A stretch of 62,428 bases of DNA, the filler included, from Choristocarpus tenellus KU-1152 (lineage: Eukaryota; Protista; Phaeophyceae), in the NCBI GenBank assembly GCA_964200185.2. It is 12 parts of 12 records of this genome, joined end to end, with 100 filler letters (N's around TTAATTAATTAA, not from the genome) between each part and the next. Parts side by side here need not be neighbours in the genome. Positions count along the whole stretch, not along the records: positions 37,512 to 42,341 come from CAXNAD020012906.1; positions 42,442 to 46,199 come from CAXNAD020018107.1; positions 46,300 to 49,191 come from CAXNAD020023867.1; positions 49,292 to 55,849 come from CAXNAD020007869.1; 8 more parts are not named here. The stretch is one strand, 5' to 3'. The first letter of the stretch is position 1. Each line of letters starts with the position of its first letter. The translations under genes and the position numbers were made by a program. Below are positions 38,390-51,065 of this stretch, in pieces. Below the pieces are notes generated by a model. The model ran no database searches. It saw only the letters and a program-made list of their open reading frames with translations, and was not told where the DNA came from.

Positions 38390-39000
38390 AGGCTTTCTGG
38401 ATGGAGCTGCAGAGATGGGAGAGGTCGATTGGATAGAGAAATGTTCACATAAGCGGTCAATGTAATGGAGAGTGTACCACGCTTGCAACCTCTTGTATAA
38501 GCGCAACGAGAAAACTGAGACAGTAATCCAAGGTTTTTGGTTGGGAGCTTTTCATTGAGGAAAGCACAAAGATAATTGCAATAATTAACAGACGCCAAAA
38601 CTATCATATCACCACATGAACGTCAAGCATCATCTTGATAACACTATCCCTCCTGAACCTAAGTATGCACGGTTCAATCAGACACTGCCTAAACCTATTG
38701 CACAAAGGTTGGAAACCAGCTTGGTATTCCAAGTCCGAGAGGACTGCTTTAAACCATGTATGGGCCTGTGAAGGCATACCGTCATACAAGAAAGATGTCC
38801 ACATCCCTGTCAGAGGCGCATGTACAGCTCATCCAAGTCATTGAACAAATGCCTGCTCCACGTCTAGGTGCCACAAGGCAAGCCCAACCCACATGCCATA
38901 CTGACCATCAGTCTAACTGATGGGGGGGAAGGAGTGGGGGCAGATGTCTCAACATAATCAAGACCATACTCCTGACCAAATCCCTGATTCTGTGTTCTAA
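38390..39000 (-). mobile_element. Ty1/copia reverse-transcriptase relic
   Basis: Frameshifted minus-strand motifs in the expected order: QGFGQEYGLDYVETSAPTP, HLDVEQAFVQ, LHRPIHGLKQSSRTWN, EPCILRF, LNEKLPTKNLG...GTLSIT. Confidence 0.8.
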
Positions 39001-41782
39001 TCTGTACCAGTCCATTTTGTAAGAAAAATATTTATTGTGGCCTTACAATGAACAATGTTATTTCTCTAATTCTTGCACAAAGCATTGTTTTGTCTGGATG
39101 TACTCTTTTTGCATGATTTCTCACTTTACAAGCAAGTGTTTCCATATATTATATTTGTTCAGGGAAGTATTAAAATTTAAATTTCATCAATATATTCTGT
39201 GTGTATAACTGTTCCCTGATATATGATGTGCCTTCACCTGAAATATTCCACTTTGTTCTGTTTCTGAAGGTGTCCTACAAATCAATCCACCATGCAACAA
39301 ACCGATCAAATTCAAAATTTGCACTCAAATCTTTTGACCAGCACTAAAACCCGGAAAGAAAGGGACGGAATGACCACCCATCACCATCACTACAGTACAA
39401 ATTAACTGAACACTTCGACAACAGAATCACACCAGATACTGAATGTATTCTCAGTATACATTAAGTATGAAGGCAACAGCTTCAGAAAGCAGTCAGAACT
39501 GCTTGAAATATTACAAAGGAACAGGAGGAGAACAAGATGCCTAGACTCCTCATTTACTAACCTTCCTTGGAAAGCTTGTCTGTAATGACACCTGTCAAAA
39601 GCAATAAAAGGCACACAAGAGATCCTACAGCATTTGTGTGCGGTACAGGAGGTCGGGACAAGTGGACAGGTGCTTTTTAATGTTAGATAGCTGAGAGCTC
39701 AAACTGCTAATGCCAGATGTTTCATGTAAGGAACACCTCTCAATAACCGACTGGGCCATTCTGAAAGCATAAAACCCTACTACATAAAACAACTCACACT
39801 TGATTGCCGCTATTTCACACTTAAATAAAAGATGGTTTGTACCTTTGTGGATGGGTCTGGTTTAAACAGATACGTTCGTCATTTCTCGAACGGGGATAAC
39901 CGCCGAGTCTAGAAGGGGAATCCATAAGTCTCATCATACCCACCACAAGAGGACAAGAAGAACTGCGTCATAGAGAATCGATGCTAAAATCACCGAAACT
40001 GTATCACTTTGCTGCAATGAATGTAACAACCTATCATCTGAGTAACCAAAAAATGCTCTATAGGATTTTTGGTTTTTGGTGTGTGACTGCCAACTTGGCA
40101 GATAATTAAGACCACTATGATTTACGAACCTTGACCGTGACCCTACAGAACAATTCTTTCTGGGTTTATGCCAGTAATTTCATCCGTGATTATGAAACAT
40201 GGAATGTTTTCAAGTCAAACCATCTTGAATGCTGATATGAGATATACTTAAGGAGCTCAGTTTTTAGGTACTACTTTCTACATCAGCCTTACCCGCCTTT
40301 TGCAGGGGGCCTCGTAGTGAGCTGGGTAGATATATCATCATCGCTCCGAAAGTTATGCAATCCTGATTACTAGTATTCCCCAAAAAAACGAGTTTGACAA
40401 CCTCACCTTTTCGCGTGATGAGTTAAAACCCACAGAAAAACTAAAAGGTATGGTGCCTTCTCCCTTGATATATCTGACATAGTTGTTAGAGCAATGTTAA
40501 GGATAAAGGCTGCTGTAGATTTAAGCGCAAGATGTCCAGCCGAATAATTATGTCCTGAACCTTGGGATACGTAATGGTGAAGGACAAACTCAACACGGCA
40601 AATCTATCTAGCAACCGGTAGTAAGGAAGTAAGGCCAACGGAGCTTGTTTTCTACGCCTCATGTGGTGGAGGCACACGCCCTAAGGCTGGCCATCAACAC
40701 CCAATGAGGAACGTTGTCATGGCGCACCGGCCTTTTCCTGTCGCAAAATGGTTGCATGTAGACAACGGTGGACACAATTGAATTTCTGATGTTAATGGGT
40801 GTCCACCTCAGTGGCCTCATACACTTGGGTTGTTTCGAGACTATTTTACCCATGCGGTAAGCCACGAAAAATACAAGATTATCGAATTACTCACCAACTA
40901 ACGCTACTTGAATTTTTCACGAAGAGGAGTGTTGACGTATCAGGAAGCGTGCACCACAGCGGAATTCACATGGAGTTGACGCAAGAAAATCTTCGATGTT
41001 GACGGCGCCTCACTCATGTCAGTATGGACAGCAGTGGGGTTCCCTTCCCCCAATATGATGGGGAAGTCCATAACATCTGGTGCACTTGTCTGTTGCGTAT
41101 TCTTCAATTAGCGCTGTTTTACGCTCTTGTGTTATCGACATCATTATTCTCCATAATTATATTTGGTTTCGATTGATTGTGTTGTGGATGAAGGTGTGGC
41201 TGTGGGGTGGGGAGAGTAGAAAGAGAGAAAACAAAATGTACCATTTACACCTCCGGAGGTGGAACATAGGTAAACTTCGATTGATCTCAGCCACCTAAAA
41301 AGAAGTAGTACCCCTCGTAATGCATCAGTGGTGATGGAGGTGGCTGAAGCACTCAGAGCAATGAAAATGGGAAGGCGGTGAGTCCCGACAGTCTTCCACC
41401 TGAGGTACTAAAAACTTGGCAGCAGGAGGACATGGTTATCTCCCATAGGTTCCATGAGACTGTTTGCTTGCTGCGCAGAACTAGGAAGTTGTATCTCATG
41501 TATGGAAGGATGCGGTCATCACCGTGCTCCACAGGAAGAAGGACCAGACTGGTTATGGTAGCTAAAGGGGTATTTCATTAACGGCACATGCTGACAATGT
41601 ACTTTTTGATGTTGTTGCACGAAGGTTGGGATATATCCTAAGAATGGAGAATATACTTCATGAAGAATATAGTAGTTTCCGTCCCCGACGCTTCAACAGT
41701 GGCAATTTACCGACAGAACCCCTTCTCCTCTTTCCCCCCTGGCACAGCCACCCCCTCCCTGTTAGCCACACATTGCATTTCA

Positions 41783-42052
41783 GAGCCAAAATATCTAGGG
41801 GGGGGGGGGTCCCAATGAGGGGCTCCATTAGCTTCAAAATGGGGAAAAGTGANNNNNNNNNNATTGATTTTCATACGCAAAATATTTGGGGGGGGGGGGG
41901 GTCTACATGAGGGTGTCCATTAGATTCAAAATGAGGAAAAGTGAATTTGCATTATCCATCCGACGAATGGCAACCAAATCACCCAAAAATCGCGATATGA
42001 AAAAATTGACCCCAAATAGACAGCCGCCACCCCCTCCCAGATACTTTGAGCC
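41783..42052 (+). mobile_element. MITE family B copy with an exact 4-bp TSD
   Basis: GAGCCAAAATATCTAGGGG ... CCCAGATACTTTGAGCC, flanked by TTCA at 41779-41782 and 42053-42056. The internal duplication around the 10-N gap is probably an assembly overlap. Confidence 0.85.
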
Positions 42053-42597
42053 TTCATCCTGCATTATCCCATCCTGGTCACAGAAGGCTGGCAGTCTAGT
42101 CCTTCATAGTTCTGGAAATTGAGATATAAGACTACTCAACATGATTTCGGTCGAAAGGGTTGTTGCGACATTTCCTTACGAGATTCCAATGGAGGTTGGT
42201 AAGCTACCAACGAGCAAGTAGGTCCTGTGGTGACATCATTGGATGACTGACATTCATTGCCATTGAAAGGTACTATCACTGGGCATGAACAATTACTGGG
42301 ATCAAGAGGGGGGGGGATTGTTGAACTATCCCACACTGGACNNNNNNNNNNNNNNNNNNNNNNNNNNNNNNNNNNNNNNNNNNNNTTAATTAATTAANNN
42401 NNNNNNNNNNNNNNNNNNNNNNNNNNNNNNNNNNNNNNNNNACAATATGGCTGTATGGTTGTATGGCTGTATGGTTATTTGCCTCTTTTAGATTGAACGG
42501 TTGCACTGAATTGTTCCCCCCCCCCCCCCCCCCCCCCCCCCCCCACCCCTTTGGTTCACACATTTGTTATCTATCATACCTCACCAGGCCCCCACAG

Positions 42598-44859
42598 TGG
42601 TTGGTAATGAAAGCGAAGTGGTTACTAGTACGTCTTACCAGTCTCCTGAGTATGATCCTTCAGAGTACCATCCCATTTGGTACCAGTCGACCTGGAACTT
42701 CTACGAAACGGTGGGGTTTTGTAGTGCTTGGGTGGGATTTTGGTATTGTATTTGTTTGGCTCTCCTGTTGTGAGTTGATGGATGGATTTGTGAGCCAACA
42801 GGGGGAGGGGTGTGTGTGAGGGAGAGAGGGTGCAGTAGGGTTTTTTCTTCTTTCTTTTAGGGGTTTTGTAGTACTTTGTAGGCATTTTTTGTTTGAAGAA
42901 TGCAGTGTATCATTGATTTGAAGGTTTTGTTCTGTTAATGGTAATTCTGTACTTTTGGGGGTTTTGTTTTTTCTGATACGTATTATTGTTTATTATTTAT
43001 TTCACTATTTTTGTTTATCTATTTCACTATTATCAGTGTGTATATTGCACAGTCAAGTACACCAGCAGTGTGATGTTTTATCTTTTTCTAAAATACTTTT
43101 TGAATTTGAAGTACAAAAATGCCCTTGACCTAGTGTGTTGACAATATATGCAGGTTATCAATATGTCAATATGTCTATAGGTTGGAAGTGACCGATATCT
43201 TTTTTTAAATGCTAAACATGCAGAAAGAGTAGCATGCAGATTTCTTTTCAGATTTCTTTTTTTTAAGTAGAACTGTTTTCTTCAAAAGGAAAAAAAACAG
43301 GCTTGTGTTGATTGTCCTCTATGCCAAAAAGAAAAAAAGGGGATGGTGTAACCAATACTTTTTTCTTATATTTATAATGTTTGTGTTGAAGAGGTAGTAC
43401 ATAGACAAGCACTTTCTGAAAAAATACCTGTTCTAAGAACAATTTGTGTATCATCTCTGTATCGTGTGAAGCTGTGTAGAACTGTAATTATCTTGATCTC
43501 ACAACTTGGTGGTGGCTGACCAATCATAAACAATAATACTGTTCCATTTTCTGATCTTTCAACTGCTGTGATATGTCTATAGATGTCAAAAGAGGTGAGC
43601 TGTTGACCAGAAATATTATTATTTTTATCAAACAACTTACTAGTAGTACCAGCAGAGACCACCTAACCCTAACCCTTTACTAGTACGGGAAGGTGACCTG
43701 ATGTATGAGTGCAATACACTTACTAGTAGTACTAGTAGTACTAGTATAAGAAGTGTTATCTTTTGTCCCTGCCAATAGAGTCAGAATAAGTTAGTATAAT
43801 AATAATAATAATAATAATTTAGGGTTAGGGGTAGCGCCGTGTCCATTTGTGTTCCAAAATCCAATGTTGCGATTTTGATGTAATTTTGGCTATCATGTTT
43901 GTTAGGAAGTGTCAATCAATATCCTTGTTACGGACACACCTTTTCATAACATATACGTTACACATTTCACCTGTTCAAAAACATTTTGGATTAGAAAAAT
44001 GTCATAAAAACTCTGTGGGAAGCCAAGCCACAAATGGACAAACAGGGCAAAACTTGCACCCTCTAAGGTAGTTTCACTCCTATATTTTTTTAATCTGTTC
44101 TTGTGAAGTACTTATTTTTAGGTCAAACCCTTATAATTAAACCTAAAAACTTTTTGTCTTTGTTTAACTATTCTTATGCTCTGTGAAATTAATATATATT
44201 TGTATCTATATACATGTTTAACTATTCTTATGCTGTGTGTGAATGTCATTTTTTTTATAGGAGGCGGAATTTCATGCCCTCATTGTTAGCCTAGATAGAA
44301 GGGGGAAGATGGAGAGGATGCTCAAGGACGTGCTGCAAGAGAGGTTTGACATCGCTGAGTTGGAGAGGAATGTGCAGGAAAGGTAAGAGATAAAACGCCT
44401 AACAAGTGTTAGGTGGGTCACATTAGGGTGGTCAGGAATTTGGGGGGGGGGAGGGTAGTCCTGATTGTTGATTGTTGATCGTTGACTGATAGTGGTGGTT
44501 TATTTGATTCAATTTTGTTGTGGTAGTTGTTGAGGGACCCTGTTGTATAATAACTAATTGGTGTAATTTCTAAGTGTTTATTATGGTGTAAAATTCAGGA
44601 TCAGGTGGGGGGGGGGTTGTTTTTAAATTATTAATAAAAATAACATGAAGGGCATACAACGTGTGTTTACAATCATTACATTCTCAACAACTCAAGTGTA
44701 TGTATGTTACAGTTTTTTACTTACAACAAAAAAGTGGAGCTAAGGTTAGGGTTAGGGTTAGGGTTATGATTAGTTAATTTAGTACACACTTCACCATTTC
44801 CTTTTTTTCAAATATCTCCATTAACATTAACATCATCTTGTGGAGATCCCTCATGCTTG

Positions 44860-44929
<70 letters not shown>

Positions 44930-45551
44930 CCTCTCTGTGTGTATTTTTTAATAGTGAGGTTCAGGAAGATAGTTCAGTGATGTGGAGGACTTCAGGTTCA
45001 GAACACCTTGGGAAGCGTGTAAGGAGGGTCTTTGGGAGAAGGATGGCGGAGGGGGTGGTGACTAAGTGGGTTTCAGAAAAGGACAATGAAGGGATGGCAC
45101 TGTGGCATATCAAACATGAGGATGGTGATGAGGTATACACTCTTATATCAAACATGAGGAGGGGGGATACAGATGTAATAACATTTAATACCGTATAATA
45201 CTATGTAATACTATGTAATACAATTGTGTCTGTGGTTGATTGTGACCTTGGTGATAGCATATAATAGGTACAGTAGCACAACTCTTGCATCACCATCATC
45301 TTATATTTTTATATTATTATTACTATTATTACCATGTTTGTTGTTATGTTATATGTAATATGTTACATGCAATATGTTAAATGTTGTGTAGCATTTATAA
45401 TATCTTCAATTTGACTTCCAGGAGGACTTGGAGGAGTATGAGGTGATTGAGGGTATCAACCTGGCTGTGGTGCAGGGGGAAGACCCTCATACGGCTGCTG
45501 CACTAGTGGCTGCTGCTGGTGATGATGATGTACACTCCAGGGCCTTTATGG
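42598..45551 (+). CDS. Chromatin-associated protein fragment with a WHIM/WSD-like motif and a Tudor-like domain
   Basis: Exons 42598-42710 (..WNFYET), 44261-44382 (EAEFHALIVSLDRRGKMERML), 44955-45132 (LGKRVRRVFG...GVVTKW...LWHIKHEDGDE) and 45422-45551 (EDLEEYEV). Phases are consistent. Confidence 0.75.
43827..44079 (-). mobile_element. MITE family A copy lacking one outer TIR
   Basis: The interior and the end CACCCTCTAAGGTAGTTTCACTC are intact. The other end abuts (AAT)n-TTTAGGGTTAGGG. Confidence 0.85.
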
Positions 45552-46971
45552 GTGAGAGGAGAAAAAATTAAATGTGAATTATTTGTTGATGTTGATGTAG
45601 ATATAGATATAGATATATGTATGTAATTTGTGCATTATAGAGATATTGGGAGGCGGTACTGGTTTGTTATTTTTTGTGTGTTTTCTATCTGTTATTATTT
45701 TGAATAGCTAGTACTAGTTCTAGTACTATACTACCTTTGGAGGGAAGAAAGAATCTTGGTATTGGCAATGCTTTGTTAATTCTTTGTAGTGGAGTGTGGA
45801 GTGTGTGGTAGCTGTCAATAATTCGTAGCAGTTGTCATAGTTGTCATGTATACAGCAAGAGTGTTGCCTGGACAGTGTAATTGATTGATTATTATTATTA
45901 TTATTATTATTCTGAGGTATCTTAATAACTGTGGTTTTAATAATGATAATTAATGATACACAGCCCTGAGAAGTATAAAATAATAATAATAATAATTGTA
46001 AATACATTAAATTAACATTAAATTTAATCAACATTTCCCCAAAAGAGTAGTGGACTTTATCGAGGAAATGGAGGTATTCATTAATACACACTTTGCTCTT
46101 GAAAATGGAATCGAGAGGACTGTTGTGAAGGTTCTAAGGTGTGATGTATACCTTAGTCTAGGGACACCTCTCTGAAGCATGTGGTTTACTATTGGGGGGN
46201 NNNNNNNNNNNNNNNNNNNNNNNNNNNNNNNNNNNNNNNNNNNTTAATTAATTAANNNNNNNNNNNNNNNNNNNNNNNNNNNNNNNNNNNNNNNNNNNNG
46301 GGGGGGGGGGGATGCACCACTTTTCGGTTTTATGCCCTCTTTCTTTTCTCCTTACAGTCTTCATGAGGTTCTAATTTTTTCAAAATTGAAGACGATAGTT
46401 GACTCTGACTGGCTGTAGCTTGCAAGAGATTTAAGAATCCATATTCATCATGTAATGAATAAATCTGTTCAACATAGTGTCAGTGCTATATATATATATA
46501 TATATATACTTAGTAGCTTATGTAAGGAATTTTTTGGGAAAAGTTTGTCAACTATCATTGGAAATTTCCATTTTTTTTTCGTGATCCAAGAGACTGAAGG
46601 TTGAAGGCACATTTCAACTTCAAAGGTGTTTGCTTGCTGACTGTATCGGAATTTAGATTTAATATAATGCCTTCAACAGTACAAGGGGTGTAGTCATGCT
46701 GCAATGCCAACAAAACTGAAACCTTGGTCGTGTCATCAACCCCATCTCAGGTTGTGCAGATGTGTATTCCGATTTAATTTTAAACAGTAACGTGTTTGTT
46801 GTGTCTTACTGCCCTGTCTTTCGTATTGTGCTTTGACCAATCAAAGGGTAGGAGATTTTAGTCAAACGACCTATGAGATGCTTTCGTTCTGTAACCCACC
46901 CTTCCTGTTTAGTGTTACCACCACTCTTACGTGTGTGTGTGTGTATGTGTGATTGCCTCCTCTGGTGGTAG

Positions 46972-48056
46972 GTTGGACGCCATCACGACATCTACGTTTG
47001 CATGGTGTCCTTCTCTCACTGCGTGGCCAGCCCTGGCAAGTACGTTGCCATTGCTTCTACAACTGTCGAGACCAGCGACCCTCTGAGCGAGCTCGCTCCT
47101 GCCTTTGATCTCTTGGGCCCTGTGCTTGAGAGGTATGATACAGTTCATTGGTGGTACTCTAGGGTGTTTTGGTTGTGTAAGTGTTGAGAAGGTGGCAACA
47201 AGGGGCAAGATTTTGAGATGTCGTGGCCTCCAACAGAAACGAGTCATGCCCTTTTCCCTTTATACAGACTCTTCAAGTCCTGCACTGATCTATCCATGAG
47301 TTCGTTCTCAACACCATCCTGCTCTTTGTCCCTGGGCACCACCATCAAATTTATGAAACCTGTGTGCGGGTCATGTGCATCATTTCCCCCCTCGCTCCCT
47401 ACTGCTCCTTCCACAGTCTTGGTTAGGCTCATAAGCTCTCATCCCTCTTATCTGGATTGCAAGGGTGGTATGAGAATGAGCCATTTCAGCTTTCCTTGTT
47501 ATTATTGTTTTCAACTATGCAAGCTCATCTTGTCCTCCCTGCCCTAACCCTAGTACGAAATGTACCTGTTTGATGTTTGTGTTGTTCGTGTGCACAACCC
47601 TAACCCTAACCCTTACAAGAGTTGATCATCTCTGATCTTTTTTTTTTTACATTGTTCTTTGTGTCATGCACTGTGGGCATTGATGTGTGCTCTGATGATA
47701 TGGTAGGTTTGACGAGGTATCGGAGACGCTGGAGCCGGTGGATGATGGTACCACTGACCGCTGCTTCATTAGCTCGTCCTATGATGCCACCAGGTGATTG
47801 ATAGCATCGGACATGGTTCAGTGATGTGGAACCGTTGATTGTGGTCTTTGAGAGATGTCACACACGCTTGTATGATCAGCTGTGGGGCACTTGTGTTCGA
47901 AGGAATGTTCAAGGAACGTTCTGCGCGCTGCAGCAGCGATGTAGATGTGGAATTATTTTATTACGACTGTTGTGTGTGATCATCTATCGCTTAAGGTGGT
48001 GCAATTGATGAGGTTTTTGTCTTTTGAAATATTTCGAAGTTTGTGTGTTTACAACA

Positions 48057-48089
<33 letters not shown>

Positions 48090-48902
48090 GTTCTATGCAA
48101 GAAAGTGGGCTTTGTATAGTGTGTGTGTTTGTGTTATTTTTATTGAAGTGTGTGAGGCATGGTTAACAGCTACTATCGATAGGTTGTGTGAGTTTTCCAC
48201 TTCCTTACGTTTTTTCCAGGGGGCTGTTCTCATTGGTTGAAGTGTGCATACATTGTTCCCCACTTCACCAATTGGCAACAAAATGTTTTGATAAATTTAA
48301 TGTGGTGAATTTTTTAAAATCTCGAATCATCTCTTGTTTAAAAATATCAACATTGTTCTCACTGTTTGAGAACCATTTGTTACATACCTCTACTTCCACA
48401 CCCGCCGCCTGTGCTTGTGGTGGTGGCCATTTGCATTTGCTATCTTCAGATAAGACCTCTGTTGTGACCCAATGTGATCGAGACCCTAAGTAGGTTGAAG
48501 TTTTATGATATCTGTATGTGTGAAGAGGCGTTTGCTCTGAAGCACGATAATGCCTTGTATATTTTTGTTTTGTTTGTTCGGATGTCAAGCTTAACACACT
48601 ACTGATGATATCATTTACAGAGAAACAAGTAGATGTACCTAACTGGAATAGTAGGCCATCTTGTTGTCTGCCAGGGCAGTAAGACACAATTGGTTTACCT
48701 TTGTCGGAGCTCTCTCTGCCCCTGTTCTATTATGGCATGATTTAATTGTGTGTTTGTGTGCGTGCTCCCTGGTGTTGTTTTCTGCTGCTTGTGTGACAGT
48801 CACTTTGAGACAACTGCACAGGATGTGCAGAGCCTATATGAGAGGGTCATTGGAGAGAAACTTGACCTTACCATCAACCCAGATGAGGAGGAGGAGGGCT
48901 GA
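46972..48902 (+). CDS. GDI: Rab GDP-dissociation inhibitor, last three exons
   Basis: Exons 46972-47132 (DIYVCMVSFSHCVASPGKYVAIASTTVET), 47707-47793 (CFISSSYDATS) and 48800-48902 (HFETTAQDVQSLYERVIGEKLDL...*). Confidence 0.95.
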
Positions 48903-51065
48903 TGAAGGACCTTGCTACACTTTGAGTCATAGTGAAAAGGGGAGATGTTGAGTGCAGTCTGTTGCTCCAAGGGTTGTACTTACCTATGGCGATAGAGTTC
49001 TGTTCATCTTTCTGTATGGGGTAGGGTTGAGGGATGGGGATGTTAATGATCTTTCTCGTCCTAGTTAGGGACTATATCTAGACATTCTGGTGAGTGGGGC
49101 ATTTGCCTGTGCAGAATTGTCCTGAATAAAGTCTCTCCCCCCTTCCTCTGCCCTGTCTCCCAACCTCCCTCGTTGTTCCTGAATGCCAACCNNNNNNNNN
49201 NNNNNNNNNNNNNNNNNNNNNNNNNNNNNNNNNNNTTAATTAATTAANNNNNNNNNNNNNNNNNNNNNNNNNNNNNNNNNNNNNNNNNNNNGGTAGAGTG
49301 AGCGGGAAGCTGCAACAGTAAGAAAGGCAGGCAGGGGGGCAACACAAGCCGGTGGGCGGACAGTGAAACCCTTACCCTAAAATACTTAAGTCCCTCGAAA
49401 AGCAAAGTTCGGATGTCATGTCACACTGTACGGTGAGGGGGGTACAAGACTCCGGCCCATGCTGGGTCAAAACAACTAGAGTCAGGATCAGGCGGAGTGG
49501 CCTTGAAAAACGCCTCTGACTAAACAAGGAAGACCACAGTATGAATAACTACAGTATGAATAACTACAGTATGAATGTGTTCTACACGCGTACTATGTCA
49601 CATGACTCTCTTCAGACACTTCATTGAAAATTTCTCTCTTTAATGCAAGATGGTACATACATACTTCGGGCAGAACCAAAGGACGTTTTTCCTCTTGCTG
49701 GCGCAAGTTCAAACAAGCTTGCGGGGGTGGAGAAAATTCCACCTTGGGATGGCATTTATTGCGACTTCGCAGCGGGCAGCAGCATAGAACGGGCAGACTT
49801 AAGTCAGATTTTGCTGAGAGTTCAGGGTAACAACCTTGCAATGGGTTATTGCAAGACACCAACAAACAAACAAACAAACAAACAAACAAACAAAGCGAGA
49901 ATGCGTAACTAGTGTGCATTTACAGCCTGGTCCACAAACTACTTGAACTGATGCTGGACGGATGAAGTACTTGATACCCCCATGCTTTACTTTTCCAATC
50001 CCTTCTAGAGCAAAATACAGTTAAAGCTCACGTATCGTATCTGGGGTCCTCGCACGTGGACCAAAAAAGCAACACTACACTGCATCTGCCGCACATGCAA
50101 CGGCACTAGCCAGGAGAATTTGCCGGTCAAATGGGACATTCATAACCAATACCATGGTGGTGTGAATACAAGCTATCGGCGTCACACCTCGTCCTTTTCA
50201 AAATGGCAAAGTTGTAGCACTCAAACGCTTTCTGCTCTAGTTTCCTCAGTTTCATGTATGTAATCACACAGACATACGCAGCGACCGTGTCTCACCAGGG
50301 AGCACACACGCCTCAACAGATTAAGGGCTTATCATCACTGCCTTCTACCAGTGTGACGAGCTATGCATACTAGCCTTTCCCACAAGGTACTCCTGCTAAA
50401 TGATCATCTATCAGGAGTAGCATATCATGCACCTGATGCAACCTATGCACCTTTTACCTATGCGTGCCACCTGTTGCCTCGCATGCCTTTAACCCTAACC
50501 CTAACCCTAACCCTAACAAAAACATCTTGGCAAAGCATCGATCAACCTAGAAAACTACAGGAGATTCCAGGCATCCTTTTACTTTGAATCAAACATACAC
50601 AACTACCTCGTATGCGTAACGACTATCTACTGCAGTACTACGATACAATCTAGATTTCAAACAACACCCACCTGCACACACACTAGGTATTCCAGTAAAT
50701 AGTGCCTCTGAATATACTTAAAGCACTACGTACTGATGCCAGCAAATACTTGCATACTCATACCACATGCACATAGAGGCACATGCAAAGTGCTGAAGAT
50801 TGTGTTTAGAAAACATGATATTTTTTTATCAGATCAAAACAGTACGGCAGTAGGATACCTTTGCATTCATCTGATTCTAGACACTACTGAACACTGTGTG
50901 GGCTACTGCAAGGGGACAATCTCAGGGACACTTAGTGGCAGGATCAAAAGGGAACAAAGTAAGAAAAAGTCCACCCAGTACAAACACAACACATAATATA
51001 CACAAATGACGGGATGGTGCCTGTGAACGCCTCCCACACCACTACAACACCAACTCCTCCCTCAC

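Noticed and set aside
26890-48902. A trafficking gene cluster (VPS26, GDI) or other co-located system
   Set aside because: The genes lie on different contigs joined artificially.
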